The translations under genes were made by a program, and so were the position numbers. This document shows, piece after piece, positions 56,302-64,000 of a stretch of DNA of 64,000 nucleotides. Under the pieces are notes generated by a model. It searched no databases. It had not been told where the DNA came from and saw only the letters and a program-made list of their open reading frames with translations. The stretch spans positions 135,090 through 199,089 of the forward strand of contig CBDHED010000003.1 in NCBI GenBank assembly GCA_965261825.1, in the 5' to 3' direction. This stretch comes from Dehalococcoidia bacterium (GTDB taxonomy: Bacteria; Chloroflexota; Dehalococcoidia; Lucifugimonadales; QGNO01). Position 1 is the first letter of the stretch, and each line of letters begins with the position of its first letter.

Positions 56302-58213
56302 TTGTCAACTTTCGCCGATCTCCTAACCGAATACATGGCCCGAGTCGGCATTGGGGACGCGGAGATGGCGCGCCGGGTCGGAGTGAGCCGGCTCACCCTC
56401 ATCAGGTGGAAGGAAGGGGTAACGTCCCGCCCTCGCTACCGGGAGGATGTGATCAACTGCGCCGACCTGCTGCGGCTGACTCCCGCGGAGAGAGACGCTC
56501 TGCTGCTCGCGGCTGGGTTCTCGCCGGACGCCCCTGCCGCAATCGACCAAACGACTTCGCTGGCGGTGCCTACCCCGGCTGAGCAGGCCGAGGTAACAAC
56601 GGAGACCTACCCCAGACCTCGAAAGGGTAGAAAGTCCCTGATTATCGCAGCAACGGTGGCCGGTGTGGCGGTTGTTGTCGCAATCGCCGTGGTAGCAGTC
56701 CGGATACTGAACGACTCCTCGGTCCCTATCGCCGCTCCCGGGGAGTCGCTCCTGGTTGTGGCGCCCTTCGTCAACTACACGGCAGGGCAGCAGGGGTTCA
56801 ACGTGAGGGGGCGCATCAAGGCCGAGATAGACCGGCAGATAGTCGAAGCCGGGCTGGCCGGTGTGAGGACCGCGGACTGGCCGGAGGAGATAGGGAGCGA
56901 GGATACGGCTCTGGAAGCCGCTCGCCGCTCCGGCGCTACAATAGTCATCTGGGGGGAGTACGACAGCGGCCGCGTCAAGGCCACATTGACCGTGCCTGAG
57001 GAGCAGAGGGAAGCCATTGGCCAGAGCGTAGTTGACATTGCTTCCTCCCCTGCGGAACTGCCCACCATCATCAACCTTGACCTAGCCGACGAGGTGCGCT
57101 CAATAGCACTGCTTACCCTGGGCCAGCTCTACCTGGAGCGGCAGGACTTCGACACGGCAAAGTTAGTCTTCATACAGGCACTGGACCAGCCGCCCGTGGA
57201 CCCGGCGGCTCTGGCAAGCCTTTGGTACCGCCTTGGGCGCGCCTACCAGGGAGGAGAACCTGGCAGACCTGGATGAGGCCATTTCACTGTTCTCCAAGGC
57301 CCTGGCTGTCTACCCCCAATCGGTAGACGTCTACAGCAGCCGCGGATTGTCATACCTGGAACGAGGCAGGGACGGCGACGCCAGTAGGGCCATCGCCGAC
57401 CTGACCCAGGCTACGGCCATATCCCCCGATGCCGTTTCCGCACATATTAACCGCGCCGTCGCCTTCATGGAGCGGGACCAGACGGGCGACCTGCGCCAAG
57501 CTCTCAAAGATCTGAATCGAGCCATAGGACTCGACCCGGAGTCTGCCGGGGCCCTGGTCAACAGGGCCGTCGTCTACACACGCAGAAACGCACCCGGGGA
57601 CCTTGACCACGCCTTCGAGGACTTGGAGCGGGCAATAGAAATTCAAACCGACTTTGCGGCCGCCTACGCCAACCGCGGAAACGTTTACCTGCAACGAGGG
57701 CTGGACGGAGACCTGGAACGCTCCTTGGACGAGTTCACTCGCGCTATAGAGCTTGACCCCGATTCCCCGATGGCGTTTTTCAACAGGGGCCTGGTCCACT
57801 CCGCCATCGGGGATATGGATAAGTCCATTGCCGACCTACGACGTGCTCAGGAACTGGACCCATCGGATTTCACCGTGAACAACACTCTCTGTTGGCAGTT
57901 CGGCGTGCAGCGACTGCCGGAACAGGCGCTCCCATTCTGTGAGCTGGCGCTGCAGGAGGACACTGAAGGCCAGGCGAGGGATAGCCGGGGCCTTGTCTAC
58001 GCCTTGATGGGCAGGTACACCGACGCCTCGGCAGACTTTCGCGTTTTCCTTGACTGGGCGAGCGCGTCAGCAGGAGGAGAGTGTGAGGCATACTACAGCC
58101 CCAGCCGCCTGGCCTGGATAGAGAAGTTGGAGGCTGGTCAAGACCCATTTGATGTCGAAACTCTGAAAGACCTGCGTGTTAGACCCGGCAAGGTGGGCAG
58201 TGACACGTGCTAG
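56302..58213 (+). pseudogene. HTH(XRE)-TM-TPR protein split by a frameshift or indel
   Basis: N-terminal part: HTH (AEMARRVGVSRLTLIRWKEG), a TM helix, and the start of a TPR. The second ORF continues the TPR repeats. Deleting one G from GGG 57249-57251 gives ...LGRAYQEENLADLDEAISLF... Confidence 0.7.
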
Positions 58214-58413
58214 AACGCCCCACGACCGGATCCGTGGATCAGTACAGTGAGACACCTTTGCTGATTGCCATACATCAGAGTCGCCTGGAGGTAGTAGAGG
58301 CATTGCTGGGCGTAGGCGCCAACCCCAACGCCGGAGTTACTACGGTAACAGTATCCCGTGCGTACAAGCGCGGAAGAACGAGGCGTTCACCCGGGCATAG
58401 AGCCACCCCTTGA
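58207..58413 (+). pseudogene. single ankyrin-repeat fragment
   Basis: TPLLIAIHQSRLEVVEALLGVGANPNA is one canonical ANK repeat. The rest of the ORF is not protein-like. Confidence 0.3.
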
Positions 58414-58532
58414 CTCAGCAGTGCCTCGTTGATATGTTGCACTTGGCGCCATTCCCATAGTCGCAACTGGCTCATCTGAACTGTTGACAAGACGCCAATT
58501 CGCCTCTAAACGTCGCCCAGGGGAGGGAACAA

Positions 58533-59444
58533 GTGGTCAAGAAGACCATTTATGAAAAGAAAGACGGCATTGCCTATCTCACCATCAACAACCCGGAGAA
58601 AGCCAATGTAATGGATGACGTCGTCATCGGGGAGATGGGAGAGGAGTACAGGGACTTCTGGGAAGACCGCGATATGCGGGTCATGATTATCACCGGCATT
58701 GGCGACCGCCACTTTTCCGCCGGGCACAACATACAGCCTCCTCCGACTGGCATGACCCATGACGACGTACGGCAAGACAGGGTTGACCAGTTCATCTGGC
58801 CTCCGTCTGCTTCAATAAACGGCAGATTGCCGTCGGTGGACGTACGCAGCGGGCACGATTTTCCGCAGATATGGAAACCCGTCATTGCCGCGGTCAACGG
58901 TTGGGCTGCAGGCGCAGGCCTCTACACCCTTCTCACCACTACGGATATACGCATCGGCTGCCGGGAGCATGCCCGCTTCTATTTCGCTCTTCTATCCAAT
59001 AGAGGCGGCATCGGCAGCGGGCCGACCGCGGCTCGGCTCATAAAGCAAGTCCCTCACGTTCACGCCATGAAGATGCTCCTTACGGATGAGCCGGTCAACG
59101 CAGACGAAGCGGTACGCATGGACCTGATCAACGAAGCCGTGCCCCATGATCAGTTGATGTCTCGCTGTGAAGAGCTTGCCCGCCGCATCTGTGAGATGCC
59201 CCCAATAGCGGTTCGTTTCCTCAAGGAATTCCTCATCAGGGGCGCTGACATGACTACCGACCAGGCCTGGCACCTGCAATGGGTGTTCAACCACCTGGTG
59301 AGCCAGCACTCCAGCGACAGCGATGATGCAACGGAAGCGTTCTTGGAAAAGCGCCAACGCACGGTGACCGGCGAGGTGCGTGGCAGCACAACGGGCCGCA
59401 ACCGTGACGAGCGAGGATACCTTACGTACGATAGATTTGGCTGA
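58533..59444 (+). CDS. enoyl-CoA hydratase/isomerase (crotonase) family protein, copy 2
   Basis: Close paralog of 44490-45341: IAYLTINNPEKANVMD, ITGIGDRHFSAGH, AAVNGWAAGAGLYTLL. GTG start with a GGAGG upstream. Confidence 0.85.
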   Translation: MVKKTIYEKKDGIAYLTINNPEKANVMDDVVIGEMGEEYRDFWEDRDMRVMIITGIGDRHFSAGHNIQPPPTGMTHDDVRQDRVDQFIWPPSASINGRLPSVDVRSGHDFPQIWKPVIAAVNGWAAGAGLYTLLTTTDIRIGCREHARFYFALLSNRGGIGSGPTAARLIKQVPHVHAMKMLLTDEPVNADEAVRMDLINEAVPHDQLMSRCEELARRICEMPPIAVRFLKEFLIRGADMTTDQAWHLQWVFNHLVSQHSSDSDDATEAFLEKRQRTVTGEVRGSTTGRNRDERGYLTYDRFG

Positions 59445-59468
59445 ACATACCCTCATCAGGAGCACATA

Positions 59469-60815
59469 ATGGACGGTCCGCTCTCCGGCCTACGCGTCAT
59501 AGACTCCACAACGGTCTTGGCCATGCCTACAGCCATGTACATCATGGGCGACATGGGCGCAGAGGTAATCAAGGTTGAAACCCATACCAGGGGGCGAGGC
59601 GGCGGCGGCCAGGTCAACTACGCCGACAACGTTGTTCCCCAAGAGCAGCACTGGAACCGGGATGGCAGCTTCCACGCTCTGCACAGAAGCAAGCGCGGAA
59701 TTACATTGAACTACAAAGTTCCGGAGGCGGTGGAAGCCTTCAAAGACCTGGTCAGAGTCAGTGACGTCTTGGCCGAGAACAACCGCCCGAGTACCATGGA
59801 GCGCCTGGGCCTGGGATATGAAGAACTGCGAAAGATCAAGCCGGACATCATCTACTTCTCTTTTAGCGGCTTTGGCTACACTGGCCCCTGGCGAAACTAC
59901 CAGGGCATTGGCAGAATGTTCGAATTGACCAGCGGGGTGAGCCAGTTTACCGGCTACCCGGATGAAGGCCCCCGGCGTGTCGGCTCGGCATGGTTCGACC
60001 CGCCCAACGGATGGATGGCCGTATTCTCCATCCTTGCCGCCATTCACCACAGAAACAGCACAGGCAAAGGCCAGTGGATAGACCACTCCATGTACCAGAT
60101 GGGCGTGTCCACTATTGGCGATGCTCTCCTGGACTATATCGCCAACGGCCGCAACGGCCACCTCATGGGCAATCGCCATACGTCCAAAGCGCCTCATGGA
60201 GCGTACCGCTGCAAAGGCGATGACAACTGGATAGCTATCTCCGCAGAGACGGATGCCCACTGGGACGCCCTCAAGGAAGTGATGGGCACCCCCTCTTGGG
60301 CGGAGTCTGATGATTTTTCGGATGTCCTATCCCGCTGGCATAACCAGGATGAACTGGACAACCATCTCAATGAGTGGACCAAAGATCACGAGCACATAGA
60401 GCTGATGGACGCATTGGTAAGAGCCGGAGTGCCGGCGGGAGCCGTGCTCAATCCCAAAGAAGTAATGACCGACCCCGCCATGAAGGAAAGCGATATTTTC
60501 GAAAAGGTGGAGTTCCCTTCCCAGACCGGTATGGGGACTCGCATGCTCCTGGGGCGTCCCTGGCGCATGTCGGACACAACCAGCTATATACGCCGCCCGG
60601 GTCCAGAACTTGGCGGAGACAACGAATACGTCCTGGGTGACCTCCTGGGTCGCGACGAACCTGAGATCGCACGGTTCTACGAGCTCGGCGCTCTGGGCAA
60701 GGAGCCGGAGCCTATGGGCAGACCCGGTACGCCCCAAGACTTGGACAAAGAGGTGGAGGACGGTACTCTGCGAGGATACGACACCGACTACAAACACATT
60801 CTGGGAATAGCTTGA
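59469..60815 (+). CDS. family-III CoA-transferase, alpha-type subunit, copy 3
   Basis: Motifs: GLRVIDSTTVLAMPTAMYIMGDMGAEVIKVE, AWFDPP...LAAIHHR. C-terminal tail GTLRGYDTDYKHILGIA. Confidence 0.85.
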   Translation: MDGPLSGLRVIDSTTVLAMPTAMYIMGDMGAEVIKVETHTRGRGGGGQVNYADNVVPQEQHWNRDGSFHALHRSKRGITLNYKVPEAVEAFKDLVRVSDVLAENNRPSTMERLGLGYEELRKIKPDIIYFSFSGFGYTGPWRNYQGIGRMFELTSGVSQFTGYPDEGPRRVGSAWFDPPNGWMAVFSILAAIHHRNSTGKGQWIDHSMYQMGVSTIGDALLDYIANGRNGHLMGNRHTSKAPHGAYRCKGDDNWIAISAETDAHWDALKEVMGTPSWAESDDFSDVLSRWHNQDELDNHLNEWTKDHEHIELMDALVRAGVPAGAVLNPKEVMTDPAMKESDIFEKVEFPSQTGMGTRMLLGRPWRMSDTTSYIRRPGPELGGDNEYVLGDLLGRDEPEIARFYELGALGKEPEPMGRPGTPQDLDKEVEDGTLRGYDTDYKHILGIA

Positions 60816-62038
60816 TGGACAGCACCGCTTTACAAGGGTTCCGTATCATAGAGTTGAGCGGCGGCATCGCCGGACCGTTTGCCACCAAGCTGTTCGCCGA
60901 CTACGGAGCCGACGTAATCAAGCTGGAGCCGTTGCAGGGAGACGAGGCGCGTAGTCTGCCCCCCTTTTTCCATGACGAGCCTCATCCGGAGAAGAGTCTT
61001 GCCTTCCTATACCTGAACACCAACAAACGGAGTGTTACCCTCAACATTGGAACAGCACACGGAAGACGGATCTTCAGAGACCTGGTTGCAAGCGCCGACG
61101 CACTCATAGAGAGCCATCCCCCGGGTTACCTGAACAGCCTTGGACTAGGCTACGACGAGCTTTCACGGTGCAATCCCAACCTAGTGCTCACTTCCCTTAC
61201 ACCGTACGGGCAAAACGGTCCCTACAGTGACTATCCGGGCAATGACCTCATCTACGAGGCTATGGGCGGCATTATGTACACCAGCGGCGCCTACGCCAGG
61301 GAACCGTTGAAGCATGGGCACCCCCAGAGCCTCTACATAGGAGGCATCACCGCCGCCTACGCCACCTCTGCGGCGCTGTTCGCTAGGGCATGGCTGGGCA
61401 AAGGGCAGCACGTTGACCTGTCCCTGCGAGAGGTGGTAGCGGCCCATCACCACAGCACGCCTACCCGCTACAGCTTTGGCGGCTCCATAGAGCGGCGCGC
61501 TCCCAAGGTGGATGCCGGTTCACCCAAGGGCGGCGCTCATTTCGAAGGGATAGTGCCGGTGAAGGACGGCTACGTTGGCGCCACCTTCCAACGCGGCGTC
61601 CAGCGCGGTACATATTCAGACTACGTCAAGATGCTTGGCCGTCCCGATGTGGACGACCCGGATTTCCCACCCATCATGTTCCCCGCTCGCATACCTGAGG
61701 ACAAGGACAGGATACTTCTTTCCATCCTCAACGACTGGGGCAAGTTTGAATATTTCAACAAGGCTGCCTCCGAGAGTTGGGTAGCCGCCGTTGTGCAGAC
61801 CTCTCAGGACTTGGTGGAAGGGGAGCACCTCAATGCACGCGGGTTCTTCACAGATATGGAGCACCCCGTAATTGGCAAGATCAAGATGCCCGGGGAGATC
61901 TCCCGTCTCACTGGAAGCCCTTGGAGCCTGCGTCGTCATACGCCTCTCTTGGGGCAACACAACAAGGAGATCTATTGCGGTGAGCTTGGATTCAGTGAAG
62001 AAGAGCTCATCCAGCTAAAGCGCCAAAGCGTGATCTAA
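60815..62038 (+). CDS. family-III CoA-transferase-like, beta-type subunit, copy 3
   Basis: FRIIELSGGIAGPFATKLFADYGADVIKLEP. ATG 60815 overlaps the alpha stop (TGATG). Confidence 0.85.
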   Translation: MDSTALQGFRIIELSGGIAGPFATKLFADYGADVIKLEPLQGDEARSLPPFFHDEPHPEKSLAFLYLNTNKRSVTLNIGTAHGRRIFRDLVASADALIESHPPGYLNSLGLGYDELSRCNPNLVLTSLTPYGQNGPYSDYPGNDLIYEAMGGIMYTSGAYAREPLKHGHPQSLYIGGITAAYATSAALFARAWLGKGQHVDLSLREVVAAHHHSTPTRYSFGGSIERRAPKVDAGSPKGGAHFEGIVPVKDGYVGATFQRGVQRGTYSDYVKMLGRPDVDDPDFPPIMFPARIPEDKDRILLSILNDWGKFEYFNKAASESWVAAVVQTSQDLVEGEHLNARGFFTDMEHPVIGKIKMPGEISRLTGSPWSLRRHTPLLGQHNKEIYCGELGFSEEELIQLKRQSVI

Positions 62039-62058
62039 ACAAACAGGAGGAGAATCCC

Positions 62059-62958
62059 ATGGCAGGTATAATCTATGAAAAGCGCAATCGCATAGCCTTT
62101 GTCACTCTCAACAACCCGGAGAAGGCAAACGTCCTCAACGACCAGGTGATGATGGATCTCAGAGACGCTTGGAAGGAGGTATGGGAGGACAAGGACGTAC
62201 GGGTCGCCGTCATCACTGGCAAGGGGGACCGCCACTTCTGCGCCGGCCATGACCTTGCGCCAAGGCCGGGCCAGACCGAGGATGAGCGCCGCCGCGAATT
62301 TGTGGAGCGCATATTCTGGGCCAACTCCCAGAACACCTCCTCTGATTACAAGCCCATCTACGGATCGGTAAACGAATATCCCACGGGCGTGGACGGGCGG
62401 AGCGCCGGTCACTTTCCCCAAATATGGAAACCCGTGATAGGCGCTATAAACGGCTGGGCCGTTGGCGCAGGCTTCTACATGATGCTCACAACCACGGACA
62501 TACGCATCGCCAGCAGGGAGAATGCCCGTTTCCAGTACATGCTAATGAACCAGGGCTGGCTGGGCAGCGGCCCCGGGGCGGCTAGACTGCCTCGCCAGAT
62601 CGGCCACGTGGACGCAATGAGGATTCTGCTCATGGACGAACCTTTCGACGCTGAAGAGGCGCTGCGCATTCGTCTCATCAACGAAGTGGTGCCGCACGAA
62701 AAGCTCCTGGAACGCGCCGAAGAGCTGGCCACCCGCATCGCCAGCCTGGCGCCCGTAGCCGTGCGCATGATGAAAGAGTTCCTCATCCGCGGCGCAGACC
62801 TGCCCTTCGATGCCGCCTGGCAGATGTCGCACCTGATGCAGCACTTGGTCATGCAGCTCACCACCGACCCGGAGGAAGGGCGCAACGCCTTCAACGAAAA
62901 GAGGGAACGCAACTTCACCGGTGGGCTCAGAGTGCCTGGAAACACGGACGGCGTATAA
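62059..62958 (+). CDS. enoyl-CoA hydratase/isomerase (crotonase) family protein, copy 3 (more divergent)
   Basis: Motifs: IAFVTLNNPEKANVLN, ITGKGDRHFCAGH, GAINGWAVGAGFYMML. AGGAGGAG Shine-Dalgarno. Confidence 0.85.
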   Translation: MAGIIYEKRNRIAFVTLNNPEKANVLNDQVMMDLRDAWKEVWEDKDVRVAVITGKGDRHFCAGHDLAPRPGQTEDERRREFVERIFWANSQNTSSDYKPIYGSVNEYPTGVDGRSAGHFPQIWKPVIGAINGWAVGAGFYMMLTTTDIRIASRENARFQYMLMNQGWLGSGPGAARLPRQIGHVDAMRILLMDEPFDAEEALRIRLINEVVPHEKLLERAEELATRIASLAPVAVRMMKEFLIRGADLPFDAAWQMSHLMQHLVMQLTTDPEEGRNAFNEKRERNFTGGLRVPGNTDGV

Positions 62959-62988
62959 CCGGTGTAGACCAAGCAAAGGGGGAGCAAT

Positions 62989-63780
62989 ATGGTTGAAAAG
63001 ATCACCGTGGGTAACGTAAGCGTTGCCGTTGTTTTGGATGCGGCGCCTCCGCCTTTTGAGCCTAACCAGTTCTATCCGGACGTGCCGTTGGAGGCTTGGG
63101 AGCCGTACAAAGAGGACCACCTGGACGAAAACGGCAAGTTCCGTACCAACTTCTGCACCTGGGTCCTACGTTCCGCCGGGCAGACGGTGCTTGTGGATAC
63201 CGGGCTTGGCAACGGACAGCTTATAGATAACTTGGAAGCCGTTGGGGTCACGCCTGATGAAGTCAACTCAGTGGTCATAACCCACCTTCACGGAGACCAC
63301 ATTGGTTGGAACGTTGCGGACGGCAAAGCCACGTTCCCCAACGCCAGGTATCTCATACCCAGGGGAGACTGGGAGCACTTCACCAAGGACGATGTACCCG
63401 CTGCCGTACAGCAGAACGTGATGCCGATCAGTGAGATGGGCCTCATGGACCTCATAGACGACGATCACGCCGTCACCCCGGAGATTGTCACCCTGGCTAC
63501 ACCGGGCCACACGCCCGGCCACGTCAGCGTCCTGATCAACTCAGGAGGAGAGAAAGCCTGTGTGGTCGGCGACCTCTTCCATGGCTCGGTGCAAGTCACC
63601 GAGACGGATTGGAACTCGGGGGCGGACATGGACAAAGAGTCGTCGCGGCGCACCCGGCACGCCGTGCTGGACAGGTTGGAACAGGAGGGATACACCCTGG
63701 CTGCAGGCCATCTTCCCATTGGCCGCAGTATTGGCAGACTGGCTAGGTTGGAAGGCAGGCGTTACTGGCAAGCGCTTTGA
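62989..63780 (+). CDS. MBL-fold metallo-hydrolase
   Basis: ITHLHGDHIGWN (HxHxDH), a later TPGHTPGH, and GDLFH. Confidence 0.8.
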   Translation: MVEKITVGNVSVAVVLDAAPPPFEPNQFYPDVPLEAWEPYKEDHLDENGKFRTNFCTWVLRSAGQTVLVDTGLGNGQLIDNLEAVGVTPDEVNSVVITHLHGDHIGWNVADGKATFPNARYLIPRGDWEHFTKDDVPAAVQQNVMPISEMGLMDLIDDDHAVTPEIVTLATPGHTPGHVSVLINSGGEKACVVGDLFHGSVQVTETDWNSGADMDKESSRRTRHAVLDRLEQEGYTLAAGHLPIGRSIGRLARLEGRRYWQAL

Positions 63781-63865
63781 ACGCAACCCGCCTCTGCCTC
63801 GTTCACGCCATTTGACCGGCTAGAGTGAACTTTCCAGGCACTTACTTGAAAAGAAACAAGGCCTT

Positions 63866-64000
63866 CTACATCTGAATGGTGGAGAGTTCCACTATCTCCG
63901 CGTGGGCCCTGCCGTTTTCTATGGTGAGCAGGCCTATTTGCCCCAATCTGCTCAAGTGCCCCGGATTGGTCGGGCTGCCCGGATTGACGTAAAGCACCCC
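63866..64000 (-). CDS. C-terminal 44 codons of a metallophosphoesterase (YfcE/MJ0936-like) family gene; 5' part lies outside the window
   Basis: The minus strand reads GVLYVNPGSPTNPGHLSRLGQIGLLTIENGRAHAEIVELSTIQM*. The NPGS motif plus terminal beta-strands are typical of this family. Confidence 0.4.
   Translation of the reverse strand, partial: GVLYVNPGSPTNPGHLSRLGQIGLLTIENGRAHAEIVELSTIQM

Overview
This is a high-GC (visibly about 55-60%) bacterial chromosomal segment. Its gene style suggests Chloroflexota of the SAR202 type: Pro/Thr-rich lipoprotein linkers, large paralog families of CoA-transferases, hydratases, flavin/LLM oxidoreductases and amidases. That taxonomic call is inference only. 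I saw no rRNA, tRNA or CRISPR array.

The dominant signal is an iterated catabolic module.
- Five paralogs of a ~450-aa double hot-dog (MaoC/FAS1-dehydratase-like) protein all end in VPYETFYRDW(Y/F).
- Three translationally coupled pairs of family-III (CaiB/BaiF-type) CoA-transferases are present. The second member of each pair appears to lack the catalytic Asp.
- Three paralogous crotonase-fold enzymes accompany them.
- Also nearby are two peptide-type ABC importer loci without ATPase genes, tandem amidases, an acyl-CoA dehydrogenase, SDRs, an LLM oxidoreductase and an MBL hydrolase.

Housekeeping or ordinary genes include glcDEF, a class-V aminotransferase, katG, an RND pump and a GGT-family protein.

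Two small accessory islets stand out.
- An overlapping two-gene cassette encodes a RusA-family resolvase and a PD-(D/E)xK nuclease fused to a HEPN (RNAIVH) domain. It lies next to gene debris.
- A low-GC islet carries an HNH nuclease, an N-terminally anchored membrane protein and tiny ORFs.

Other observations: ~50-bp direct repeats bracket katG and the RND gene, three genes are broken at 2-3-nt mononucleotide runs, strong hairpins follow both ABC binding-protein genes, and there are operator-like palindromes and a LuxR regulator with a degenerate receiver domain.
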